Shown in pieces: positions 8,692 through 16,060 of a stretch of DNA of 64,000 nucleotides. Below the pieces are notes generated by a model. The model did not search any database. It saw only the letters and a list, made by a program, of their open reading frames with translations, and had not been told where the DNA came from. Position numbers and translations under genes: made by a program. The stretch spans positions 1,824,390 through 1,888,389 of the forward strand of contig JAXMAP010000002.1 of the NCBI GenBank assembly GCA_046350315.1. The letters are read 5' to 3'. The stretch's first letter is position 1. Every line of letters begins with the position of its first letter. The DNA is from Phycisphaerae bacterium (GTDB lineage Bacteria > Planctomycetota > Phycisphaerae > UBA1845 > Fen-1342).

Positions 8692-9110
8692 TGTATGCGA
8701 ACAGTGAAAGGAGCGGTGCCTTGGCCCGAAAACCGAGAAGTGCTGACGAGATCGGCGACATTCTTCGCCGCCAGCGGAACGAGGTGCTCGGAAAGGGCCT
8801 GCGCGAAATGGCCCGCCAGCTCGGTACCGCTCCGGCCCACCTTACCGACATCGAACACGGCAACCGCTCGCCGTCCGAAGCCCTGCTGGTCAAGATCGCC
8901 CGCGCCTACGAGATTCCCGAGCCGCAGCTCCGCGCCGCCTGGAGCAAGCCCGATGAAATCGTCGAAGAAATCGCAAGTCAGGATGCGACGGCGGCCGCCA
9001 AAGTGCCCGAACTCCTGCGGTCGGCCCGGAAGTTCACCGAATCGCAATGGAATGCACTGATCGACGCGGCCAAGAAGCTGGCCGCCGAGAAGAAGGGCAA
9101 GGCGGACTGA
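8691..9110 (+). CDS. XRE-family helix-turn-helix transcriptional regulator (ImmR/CapH-like).
   Basis: HTH block LREMARQLGTAPAHLTDIEHGNRSPSEALLVKIARAY. 139 aa. Paired with the downstream ImmA/IrrE peptidase through a TGATGG stop/start overlap. Confidence 0.8.
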   Translation: MYANSERSGALARKPRSADEIGDILRRQRNEVLGKGLREMARQLGTAPAHLTDIEHGNRSPSEALLVKIARAYEIPEPQLRAAWSKPDEIVEEIASQDATAAAKVPELLRSARKFTESQWNALIDAAKKLAAEKKGKAD

Positions 9111-9838
9111 TGGCCGCACGTCGGTACGAGTACGGCAAGCTCTTCGAGCCCGCCAGCGGCGGCAAGCTGATCGAGCGCAAAGCGCGCCGCTCGCTCTCGT
9201 ACTGCATCCACAAACTCGGGTTTTCGGAAGTACCACTCCCCATTCCCGTCGATCGCTGGATCGAAACGGCGTTTGGCATCCGATTCGGCATCGCGGACTT
9301 GTCGCACATCGGTCGCCGTGTGCTGGGTGCGTCGTTCCTGCGCGACCGCGAGATCCTCATCTCCGAGAACGCCCTGTCCAATGAAGGACGCTACCGCTTC
9401 ACGTGTGCTCACGAGTTGGCCCATTTCGTATTGCATGAGCACGTCCGCGACCAGTTCTGCGACGAGGAAGAACCGGAAATCGTTTTCGACGACGAGATTG
9501 AGCGCGAGGCCGACCGGTTCGCCGCGGCGTTCCTGATGCCGGTGAATCTGTTCGAGCGTGAGGTGGTCCTGATTGCCCGGGATATCGGCGCCGACCCGCA
9601 CTGGTGCCTGACCGAGTTAATGCTGGCGAGCGACGAGTCGATCAAATTGTGGCAGAACATCTTCGTGCCGGCGCTCAGCCGTCGCTTCGGCGTCTCCAAG
9701 ACGGCGGCCCTGATTCGCGCGCACGGTCTTCAGCTGATTGGCGACGATCCGCGGACGCTGATTCCGACGCGGCTTTTTTACGACCTGCTGCCCAAGCCCG
9801 TTTCCACCGTTGCTCCGAGGCCAATGGAGGGTGCGTAA
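9110..9838 (+). CDS. ImmA/IrrE-family zinc metallopeptidase (DUF955, CapP-like).
   Basis: HEXXH motif in FTCAHELAHFVLHEH plus the downstream EREADRFAAAFLMP. Start MAARRYEYGK overlaps the XRE stop. Confidence 0.8.
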   Translation: MAARRYEYGKLFEPASGGKLIERKARRSLSYCIHKLGFSEVPLPIPVDRWIETAFGIRFGIADLSHIGRRVLGASFLRDREILISENALSNEGRYRFTCAHELAHFVLHEHVRDQFCDEEEPEIVFDDEIEREADRFAAAFLMPVNLFEREVVLIARDIGADPHWCLTELMLASDESIKLWQNIFVPALSRRFGVSKTAALIRAHGLQLIGDDPRTLIPTRLFYDLLPKPVSTVAPRPMEGA

Positions 9839-9904
9839 GATCGCGGTTTTTTTTGGCCGAAGCGTTCGCTTGCACGCGAACATGAGTACATCGGAGATGA
9901 TAAC

Positions 9905-10195
9905 GTGGTTGTCTACGACCTGACCAACACGGCAGTCGCAACGGCTGACGTTTCGATCCGTCCGCCGACCCAGCCGGAACTGCTTGCGATCACGGTCGCA
10001 TTGCTCTCGTACGAGAACCGCAGCTTTAGCGAGCTGATCGACACGCCGGTCGCAATCACTGACCGCAACCGTCGCCGGCTCGCAGAACTGATCGAGGAGC
10101 GCACGCCGTCGTTGGCCCGCGAGTTTGGTAACCCCACGCATCTGCGGGCGCGCCTGAAACAGTTGGTAGGGCTCCAGATCTTCCGCGAATCCTAG
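9905..10195 (+). CDS. Hypothetical protein (96 aa).
   Basis: ORF co-oriented between the ImmA-like and excisionase-like genes. No motif recognised. Confidence 0.3.
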   Translation: MVVYDLTNTAVATADVSIRPPTQPELLAITVALLSYENRSFSELIDTPVAITDRNRRRLAELIEERTPSLAREFGNPTHLRARLKQLVGLQIFRES

Positions 10196-10202
10196 CACGC
10201 GA

Positions 10203-10589
10203 TTGCGAACGGCTTTCGACGCTATGATCGACCAAACCACTTCAACGCCGTCAAACGCTGACCTCCTGCGGGTGTTGCAGCAGATCGAAGTCCATCTCTC
10301 CGCGCTTCGGGACGGGACGACATCGTCACGGCCCGAGTGGCTTACCGTGGATGAAGTCGCATCGGAACTCAAACTTTCGCGTGACTCGATCGAGCGATTG
10401 ATCGCCTGCGGCCGGCTGCAAGCGGCCAAGGTGACCGGTATCGCCGGACGCGGACGGCGCCGCCGTCTTCGAATTCACCGCGACTGGGTTGATGTGTTTC
10501 TCAGATCGTCGGCGAAGCTCCCGCCCTCTCCACGAAAGACCCGAAACCGTCGTTCGAGCGTCTCCAAGTCGATCGACTTCATCCAGTAG
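10203..10589 (+). CDS. Excisionase-family helix-turn-helix DNA-binding protein (Xis-like).
   Basis: WLTVDEVASELKLSRDSIERLIACGRLQAAKVTG resembles the excisionase/MerR-like HTH. Convergent with and overlapping the 3' end of the integrase gene. Confidence 0.5.
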   Translation: MRTAFDAMIDQTTSTPSNADLLRVLQQIEVHLSALRDGTTSSRPEWLTVDEVASELKLSRDSIERLIACGRLQAAKVTGIAGRGRRRRLRIHRDWVDVFLRSSAKLPPSPRKTRNRRSSVSKSIDFIQ

Positions 10590-11829
10590 CGGCTTGTAGC
10601 GGCGCGGCCGTGCTGGCAGACTCCGGCCAGAGGCGCGATCGAACCAGGTTGACAACCCGCCGTAATCTTTCCAGCCCGATCTCCTCGATGTACACACCAC
10701 TCATCCCGGGGATGCTGTGACCCATGATGCGATGGATGGCGTGCTGGTCGCCGCAATCGTCCGCCCAAGTGCGAAACGTGTGTCGCAATGAATAGAAGCC
10801 CAACCCGTATCGCTTGAGCTTCAGTTCGACCAGCAGCCCGTCAAACCAGTCGCCAAGGCGGTCCACATACACGACTTTCTTGATCTCGCGGCCGTCGCTT
10901 CGCTGCATGATCTGCCGAACCAGCGGGTAGCCCTGTTCGCTACGGAACAGCAGCGGCTTTGCCTCGTCGCTGGCGGCTTTCGGTCGCTCACCCTCAAGCA
11001 CGGTCCGGATCGCCGCGACCGTCTCCGGCCAGAGCGGCACGATTCGGCGCACTGCGGTCTTCGGCCGCTCGAAGTCGATAATCGCTCGGTCCAGGTCGAT
11101 CGCCACGGTGGGCACAGCCGAACAGTCGGTGTTCCCGAACCCGCCGTTGATCCCCAGCAGAATCGCGGCTTTCACGTTCGCGGATGCCGCCTTGAGCAAT
11201 GCGCGAATCTGCTCTGCCGTAAAAAGTTTCTTGCCGTTTTCACGCTCGCGCTTCGCCCGGCTTCGTCGTACGTCCGCGGCCGACGGCTTGGCGAACGCCT
11301 GGCCGTATCGAGGTAGCTGCTCAAGGACTCCATTCTGAACGGCCCATTTGAACATGCCCTGGATGGCGACGATGGTCCGCGTGATTGCATGTACGCCGAG
11401 CGCCTTGTTTCCGCGCAGGCCGCGCGATCCAATTAAGCGCCGGTAGGCTAGGAAGTCATCCGGCCTGAGACTCCTCACCGGTCGCGCTGTGCCAACCGAG
11501 CGAGCAAACTGTCGAATCACACGGCGGCAATCCTCGAACCATCGACCGCCGATCTGCCCGGTCTCGACGCGCTGCATCTGGTATGCGAGGAACTGGTTTC
11601 CCAACTCCTTCACGGTAAACTCGCCTTCCTCTGCCGGGGATGGCTCGCGCCCCGCGTGCAAATCCTCGGCGATGCGTAGATAATTCTGGTGCGCGGCGTC
11701 CGGGTCGGACCAGACGCCGAAGAAGTGCAGCTTGCCGAGGATCTTCTTACACCACTGACCGTTCGGGTGAGCAGTCAGCGGGAAGGAGGGATACGGCTTG
11801 TTCGGCTTGCGACGAGGACGCTTGGCCAT
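10579..11829 (-). CDS. Tyrosine-type site-specific integrase (phage integrase family).
   Basis: C-terminal catalytic region ...LRHTFRTWADDCGDQHAIHRIMGHSIPGMSGVYIEEI (R...HxxR...Y). N-terminus MAKRPRRKPNKPYPSFPLTAHPNGQWCKKI is typical. GGAGG RBS before the ATG at 11829. The upstream ORF-table extension to 11931 is rejected. Confidence 0.85.
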   Translation of the reverse strand: MAKRPRRKPNKPYPSFPLTAHPNGQWCKKILGKLHFFGVWSDPDAAHQNYLRIAEDLHAGREPSPAEEGEFTVKELGNQFLAYQMQRVETGQIGGRWFEDCRRVIRQFARSVGTARPVRSLRPDDFLAYRRLIGSRGLRGNKALGVHAITRTIVAIQGMFKWAVQNGVLEQLPRYGQAFAKPSAADVRRSRAKRERENGKKLFTAEQIRALLKAASANVKAAILLGINGGFGNTDCSAVPTVAIDLDRAIIDFERPKTAVRRIVPLWPETVAAIRTVLEGERPKAASDEAKPLLFRSEQGYPLVRQIMQRSDGREIKKVVYVDRLGDWFDGLLVELKLKRYGLGFYSLRHTFRTWADDCGDQHAIHRIMGHSIPGMSGVYIEEIGLERLRRVVNLVRSRLWPESASTAAPLQAATG

Positions 11830-11970
11830 GACGACAACCTCCGGCGCGCCGCTGCGTTTGTTCGCTCCACGAAACGCGAGCGTAGAGGGCGACCCGGTTG
11901 TCGTCAAGGTTGTCGTCGTGTTTTTCCACAACAGCAGTAAGCAACATAAGTCGTTTATTTACAGATAGTT

Positions 11971-12043
11971 GCCACCGTAGCTCAATTGGCAGAGCAGCGG
12001 TTTTGTAAACCGCAGGTTTCGGGTTCGAGTCCCGACGGTGGCT
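11971..12043 (+). tRNA. tRNA-Thr (anticodon UGU), no encoded CCA.
   Basis: Cloverleaf folded by hand. Acceptor GCCACCG/CGGTGGC, D-stem GCTC/GAGC, anticodon stem GCGGT/ACCGC with loop TTTGTAA (U33, UGU, A37), T-stem TCGGG/CCCGA, T-loop TTCGAGT. Confidence 0.85.
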
Positions 12044-12129
12044 GTTCACACCACCTTTCGCCTTGTGCGATGGACGGGTGCAAGTTTCGTCGGCACGCCA
12101 CCGACTTTCGCACCTGTTCTGGAGCTTTC

Positions 12130-13461
12130 TCACGTCAGTCTCGCGCGCTCGCATGCCAGCAGGAACCGCGCGACCTGCAGCTCCCCCCAGTATCGCGCGC
12201 GGCCTGGCCACACGCCGGCGATGAAGCCCTGGTGCCCGCCGTCGCGCGTGATCTGAGGAATGATCCACGGCGAATCGAGCATCTCGTTCGGAATCGACTC
12301 GGCGGGAACGAACGGATCGTCGCGCGACGCGATGACGAGCGTCGGAACGCGGATTCTGGTCATCAGCGGGCCGCAACTGCATCGCGCGTAATAGTCGTCC
12401 ACTCCGGCATAGCCGAACACCTTCGCCGTCACGATGGCGTCGAACTCCTCCATCGTGCGGCAGGTTCGTAATCGCTCCACGTCGATCAGGCCCGGAAATT
12501 GCCGCGCTTTTTCGAGAGCCTGCGGGATCAACAGTTGCATGAAATACCGCGAATACCGACCGCCCAGCGCTCGCGAGATAGTCGCCGCGCATTTGGACAG
12601 ATCGAACGGCGCGGCGACTACGGCCGCGCCGGACACTCGCGCCACCGCCCTCGAATCCTGCACCGGCGCGCCGGAGACCGAAACCTGGGCCTCCGCGCCC
12701 GAAACCGGCGCCACAGCGCGGGAAACCTGCGCCGCCGCACCGCAGACGCTCGCCGCCGCGCCCGAAAGTCCGGACGCTGCGCCGCGCAAACCCAGCAACC
12801 GCGCCGCCACGCTGCCGCCCAGCGAGAAACCGACCAGATAGATCGACCGGACGCCGCCGGCGCGCAGATGCGCGATGCTTGTCTCGACGTCGTCGACGTC
12901 GCCGGCTGAATACGTCCTGTGCGTGCGGTTCATTCGGCCGCCGCAGCTTCGGAATTCCATCACCGCAACGTTCCAGCCGTGCGGCGCGAGTAGCGCGGTC
13001 AGGCCGTGAATCCACGGCGCCTGCGCGGAACTGCCCAGCCCGTGGAGCAGCAGCGCGGTCGGCCCTAACGGATCGCCGTGCAGTCGATGAAGCCACAGTT
13101 CGTCGCCGTCGGGCGTCGGAACTGCCGTCGATTCAAACGCGGCTCTTCGCACACGCCGGAAGAGGTACGTCCAGATGGTCTGGCCATGCGCGTTTCGCAG
13201 CCACCAGGCGGAGCGAAACGGGTGGCGCGACAATTCGGCGAGAATTTCGTTCTTGAAACGTCTCGCCGCGGACGCGTCGCGCGTCGCATCGGCGGGCACG
13301 CGCGCTCCGTCAGAGCCGCGACCGTAAGGGAGCGGTCGGTCCGGAGCGGCGAGCGTCGTCGGGCTCGCCGGGATGGCCTCGACGCCCAGGCCGACCGCTC
13401 CCTTACGGTCGCGGCTCTGACCAGACTCAGGCTTCGCGGATTCCGCCCTTCGCAACGGCAT
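12130..13461 (-). CDS. Alpha/beta hydrolase, YheT-like family. The true start is probably downstream of the annotated one (GTG within ...VPADATRD...).
   Basis: GDELWLHRLHG...LLLHGLGSS...HGWNVAVMEFRSCGG...YLVGFSLGGSV (nucleophile elbow GxSxG) ...ASRDDPFVP...GGHQGF. The 5' ~150 nt of the ORF is the translation of a REP-like palindrome (RPLPYGRGS), so the annotated Met is unlikely to be the real start. Confidence 0.65.
   Translation of the reverse strand: MPLRRAESAKPESGQSRDRKGAVGLGVEAIPASPTTLAAPDRPLPYGRGSDGARVPADATRDASAARRFKNEILAELSRHPFRSAWWLRNAHGQTIWTYLFRRVRRAAFESTAVPTPDGDELWLHRLHGDPLGPTALLLHGLGSSAQAPWIHGLTALLAPHGWNVAVMEFRSCGGRMNRTHRTYSAGDVDDVETSIAHLRAGGVRSIYLVGFSLGGSVAARLLGLRGAASGLSGAAASVCGAAAQVSRAVAPVSGAEAQVSVSGAPVQDSRAVARVSGAAVVAAPFDLSKCAATISRALGGRYSRYFMQLLIPQALEKARQFPGLIDVERLRTCRTMEEFDAIVTAKVFGYAGVDDYYARCSCGPLMTRIRVPTLVIASRDDPFVPAESIPNEMLDSPWIIPQITRDGGHQGFIAGVWPGRARYWGELQVARFLLACERARLT
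12640..12800. repeat. Degenerate ~27-30-bp tandem repeats (minisatellite) inside the hydrolase CDS, encoding a low-complexity Gly/Ala/Ser/Val insert.
   Basis: Recurring units cgcgccggagaccgaaacc, cgcgcccgaaaccggcgcc, cgcgcccgaaagtccggacgc. Protein insert GAASGLSGAAASVCGAAAQVSRAVAPVSGAEAQVSVSGAPVQDSRAVARVSGAAVV. Confidence 0.5.
13311..13418. repeat. REP/MITE-like palindromic element, copy A (29-bp perfect inverted repeat with ~50-nt loop).
   Basis: cagagccgcgaccgtaagggagcggtcgg ... ccgaccgctcccttacggtcgcggctctg. Shares the core gaccgtaagggagcgg/ccgctcccttacggtc with four other loci. Confidence 0.7.
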
Positions 13462-13478
13462 CGCTCACCCACTCCGCG

Positions 13479-15446
13479 TCATGGCTTCACGCCCCCCGCC
13501 TGTATCTCGATCTCGTGCGCGAATTCCGGCTGGCGATTCGCTCGCGCCAGCCGTACCGCCTCGCGATACGCATCCAGCGCGGCGCGCGGTTCGCTGGCCA
13601 GTTCGTGCACGAAGCCATACGCGAAACGCACCTCGGCGTCGTCCGGGTGCGCCTCGACCGCCCGTTTCACCGCGTCCAGCGCCGACGACTTTCGGCCCTT
13701 CACAAGATGGATCGCGGCCAGTTGGGTCAACGCGCTCCGGTCGTGCGGGTTGTCGCGTAATCGCGCCTGCTGGCGCTGTTCCTCTGCGTCCAGCGCGCCG
13801 GCGCTGAGAACACGGGCGAAATTGAGCTGCGCATTGGGATACACCGGCCGCGCGGCCAGCGCCGCGCGGAAGTGCGTCTCGGCTTCCGCCGCGCGATTCA
13901 GCGAGAGCAACGCGGCTCCGAGATTGTTGTGATACACCGGGTCGTCCGGCGTTCGTTTCAGCAGTGCCTGGTACTCCGCGACCGCCTCGGCGAATTTCTT
14001 GTGGCCTAGATAAGCCTCGCCCAAGCGACGGTGTCCAAAGTCATATGCCGGGTTGTCCGCCACTGTTCGCGACCAGAATTCGATCTCACCGCGCCAAGTC
14101 GGGACCCGCTGATACGTGAACCACGCCAGCGCTCCGACAGCGCCGACGCAAATTAGCGTTACCAGCGCCCCGGGCACCCGCGCCGCAAGGCCGTGCGCCG
14201 GCGGCGTACCGAAGGTCAGCTTCGCAAGGCTCTGGGCGGCGAGCGCAACGAGAATCGCCGGGGCGATCGCGGCCAGATAGACGTACTGGTCGCCGACCGG
14301 CGCGTGGCGCAGATAGCCGAAGTTCAAGAGTCCCAGCACCGGCAGCATCGTGATGGCGTAATGGGCGGCGCACCAAAGCGCCGCGGCGCCAGGTCGGAGC
14401 CGCGGCGTGAGCGTGCTGTCAGGCGTGCGAGCCGGCGCGTTCGAATCTGAGACTTGAGATTTCTGTTCGCCGCCAGGCGGCGTTGTTTTCGCCCTCGCGC
14501 GGCGCGAAACAGTCCATGCAGAGGTGAACAACACCGCCGCCGCGAGCAATACTGCAATCGGCGCCAGCAGCCACGGCAGCGCCATCGCTGGCGTCCATTG
14601 CGGGTAGACGGTCGCCAAGTGCGCGGGCCACAGGAACTTGCCCAGGTAGAACCAGAATGCCGTCGCCGCGACGACCGGCCGTAGCGGAAGCGCCGCCGCC
14701 CCGACGTAGACTCCCTGCGCCTCGAATTGCGAGTCGATTCGAATCAGCACCGCGCCGATGACCAGCAGGATCGCCAGCGGCTGGACGAGCGACCAGCCGC
14801 GCCGGCGACACAAGACGGCGTCCGCGACCAGCGTCGAACCGAGCATCGTCACCGCCGCCGATTTGCTCAGCATCGCCGCCAGAAACGCGAACATGGCCCA
14901 GCGATACAGCGCGGGGCGGGCGTCGCGCCGCCATAGCAGATAGGACAGGAAACCGATCAGCGCGAATAGCGTCGAGAGCACGTTTTTTCGCGATGCCAGC
15001 CACGCGACCGAGGCGGCCTGCATCGGGTGCAGCGCGAAAATCGCCGCCGCCAACAACGCCGCCGGCTGCGCGAGCCCGAGCATCAGCGCGACGCGCAGCA
15101 CCAGCAGCGCATTGGCCGCGTGCAGCAGGACGTTGACGGCGTAATAACCGCCCGCCCAGTCGCCCCAGAGCTGATGTTCGACCCAGTGCGTGGTGAACGT
15201 GAGCGGATAAAACTTCCGCACCACGTCGATCGGCAGCCAGGTGCGGATCAGGCCGTCGATCGAGCGCAGATTCGGATTGTCGCGAATGTAGATGTCGTCA
15301 TCCCAGACGACAAAATCGTTTCGAATACCCGGCGAGTACGCCAACAGCAGCGCAAGCGGCAGGACGGCCCAGCCGGCCAGTGGCCACCGGCGTGCTTCGC
15401 GGCCGTCGGGTGTGGTGAGGCCAAGTTGAATAGAAGCTGCGTTCAT
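13479..15446 (-). CDS. Polytopic membrane protein with C-terminal TPR repeats (PMT/GT39- or O-antigen-ligase-like N-terminal domain).
   Basis: N-terminal ~420 aa very hydrophobic with multiple TM segments. C-terminus has repeated A..Y...L TPR-like 34-mers (AEAVAEYQALL..., AEAETHFRAAL..., SALDAVKRAVE...). Confidence 0.6.
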   Translation of the reverse strand: MNAASIQLGLTTPDGREARRWPLAGWAVLPLALLLAYSPGIRNDFVVWDDDIYIRDNPNLRSIDGLIRTWLPIDVVRKFYPLTFTTHWVEHQLWGDWAGGYYAVNVLLHAANALLVLRVALMLGLAQPAALLAAAIFALHPMQAASVAWLASRKNVLSTLFALIGFLSYLLWRRDARPALYRWAMFAFLAAMLSKSAAVTMLGSTLVADAVLCRRRGWSLVQPLAILLVIGAVLIRIDSQFEAQGVYVGAAALPLRPVVAATAFWFYLGKFLWPAHLATVYPQWTPAMALPWLLAPIAVLLAAAVLFTSAWTVSRRARAKTTPPGGEQKSQVSDSNAPARTPDSTLTPRLRPGAAALWCAAHYAITMLPVLGLLNFGYLRHAPVGDQYVYLAAIAPAILVALAAQSLAKLTFGTPPAHGLAARVPGALVTLICVGAVGALAWFTYQRVPTWRGEIEFWSRTVADNPAYDFGHRRLGEAYLGHKKFAEAVAEYQALLKRTPDDPVYHNNLGAALLSLNRAAEAETHFRAALAARPVYPNAQLNFARVLSAGALDAEEQRQQARLRDNPHDRSALTQLAAIHLVKGRKSSALDAVKRAVEAHPDDAEVRFAYGFVHELASEPRAALDAYREAVRLARANRQPEFAHEIEIQAGGVKP

Positions 15447-15544
15447 TCGTCCAATCTGCAGCGCCGCGCGCGATCGCGGGGCGGCATTCTAGTGTGCCGT
15501 CTCAGAAATTCGCATAGGCGTAGGCGTGGATGGCAGTGGCTCAC

Positions 15545-15695
15545 TTTCGCATGCGACGCCGGAAAAACGCTCGACATTGAGGCCCGACCGTAAGGGAGCG
15601 GCTTTCTGCTCGGCGCAAAAGACCCCTCCCTTACGGTCGGGGCTCGGCTGGGGCGCTCCTTCGCGAGACCGAGCCACTACCGAGTGGAGAGTGCG
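15545..15695. repeat. REP/MITE-like palindromic element, copy B.
   Basis: gcatgcgacgccggaaaaacgctcgacattgaggcccgaccgtaagggagcgg...ccctcccttacggtcgggg...gagccactaccgagtgg. ~85% identical over ~145 bp to copy E (61575-61730). Confidence 0.7.
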
Positions 15696-15937
15696 GGCGT
15701 CTCGACCGCGCGCGGGCGAGACGCTCGCACTCCCGACGCGGCCGCCCGATACCCGCTCGCGATGCACGAGTGGGCAATCCGTCGCAGCGAGCGGGGAAGC
15801 GTTCGGACCGCTGCCGTACCCACTTCCGCCCATTCCGCAAAACCGCCGAAACCGATCGACCGAGAACTCTGAATTGTAACTTCCTGTCATTGCGCCAGTT
15901 AGGGCAGTTCGTTAATTTTGTGATGCAACCTCAATGC

Positions 15938-15956
15938 CTTCGGCACGCCGGATGCC
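15938..15956 (+). promoter_or_regulatory. Sigma-54-like -24/-12 element (GGCAC-N5-aTGC) ~105 bp upstream of hcp.
   Basis: ttcGGCACgccggaTGCcttaat. The GG and GC dinucleotides are separated by 10 nt as in the TGGCAC-N5-TTGC consensus, located in a locally AT-richer stretch. Confidence 0.3.
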
Positions 15957-16060
15957 TTAATGCCCCAGCGAGCTACGTTCGACAAAGAGCAATCGGCGGC
16001 TCGCGGTGAGCCAGGCCGAAAAGAGTCGAAGGGAACTTCAGAAAGCAGGGAGACGCAGTC

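Noticed and set aside
15489-15890. Several ORFs in both strands containing the peptide RPLPYGRGS / KGGVFC..PLRSGLG (15489-15890, 15526-15879, 46219-46665, 61357-61701, 61403-61732, 61591-61941) that at first looked like a conserved small-protein family.
   Set aside because: They are translations of the palindromic REP/MITE-like element, since the same DNA hairpin read in different frames and strands. Conservation is at the nucleotide level, with no RBS or consistent frame.
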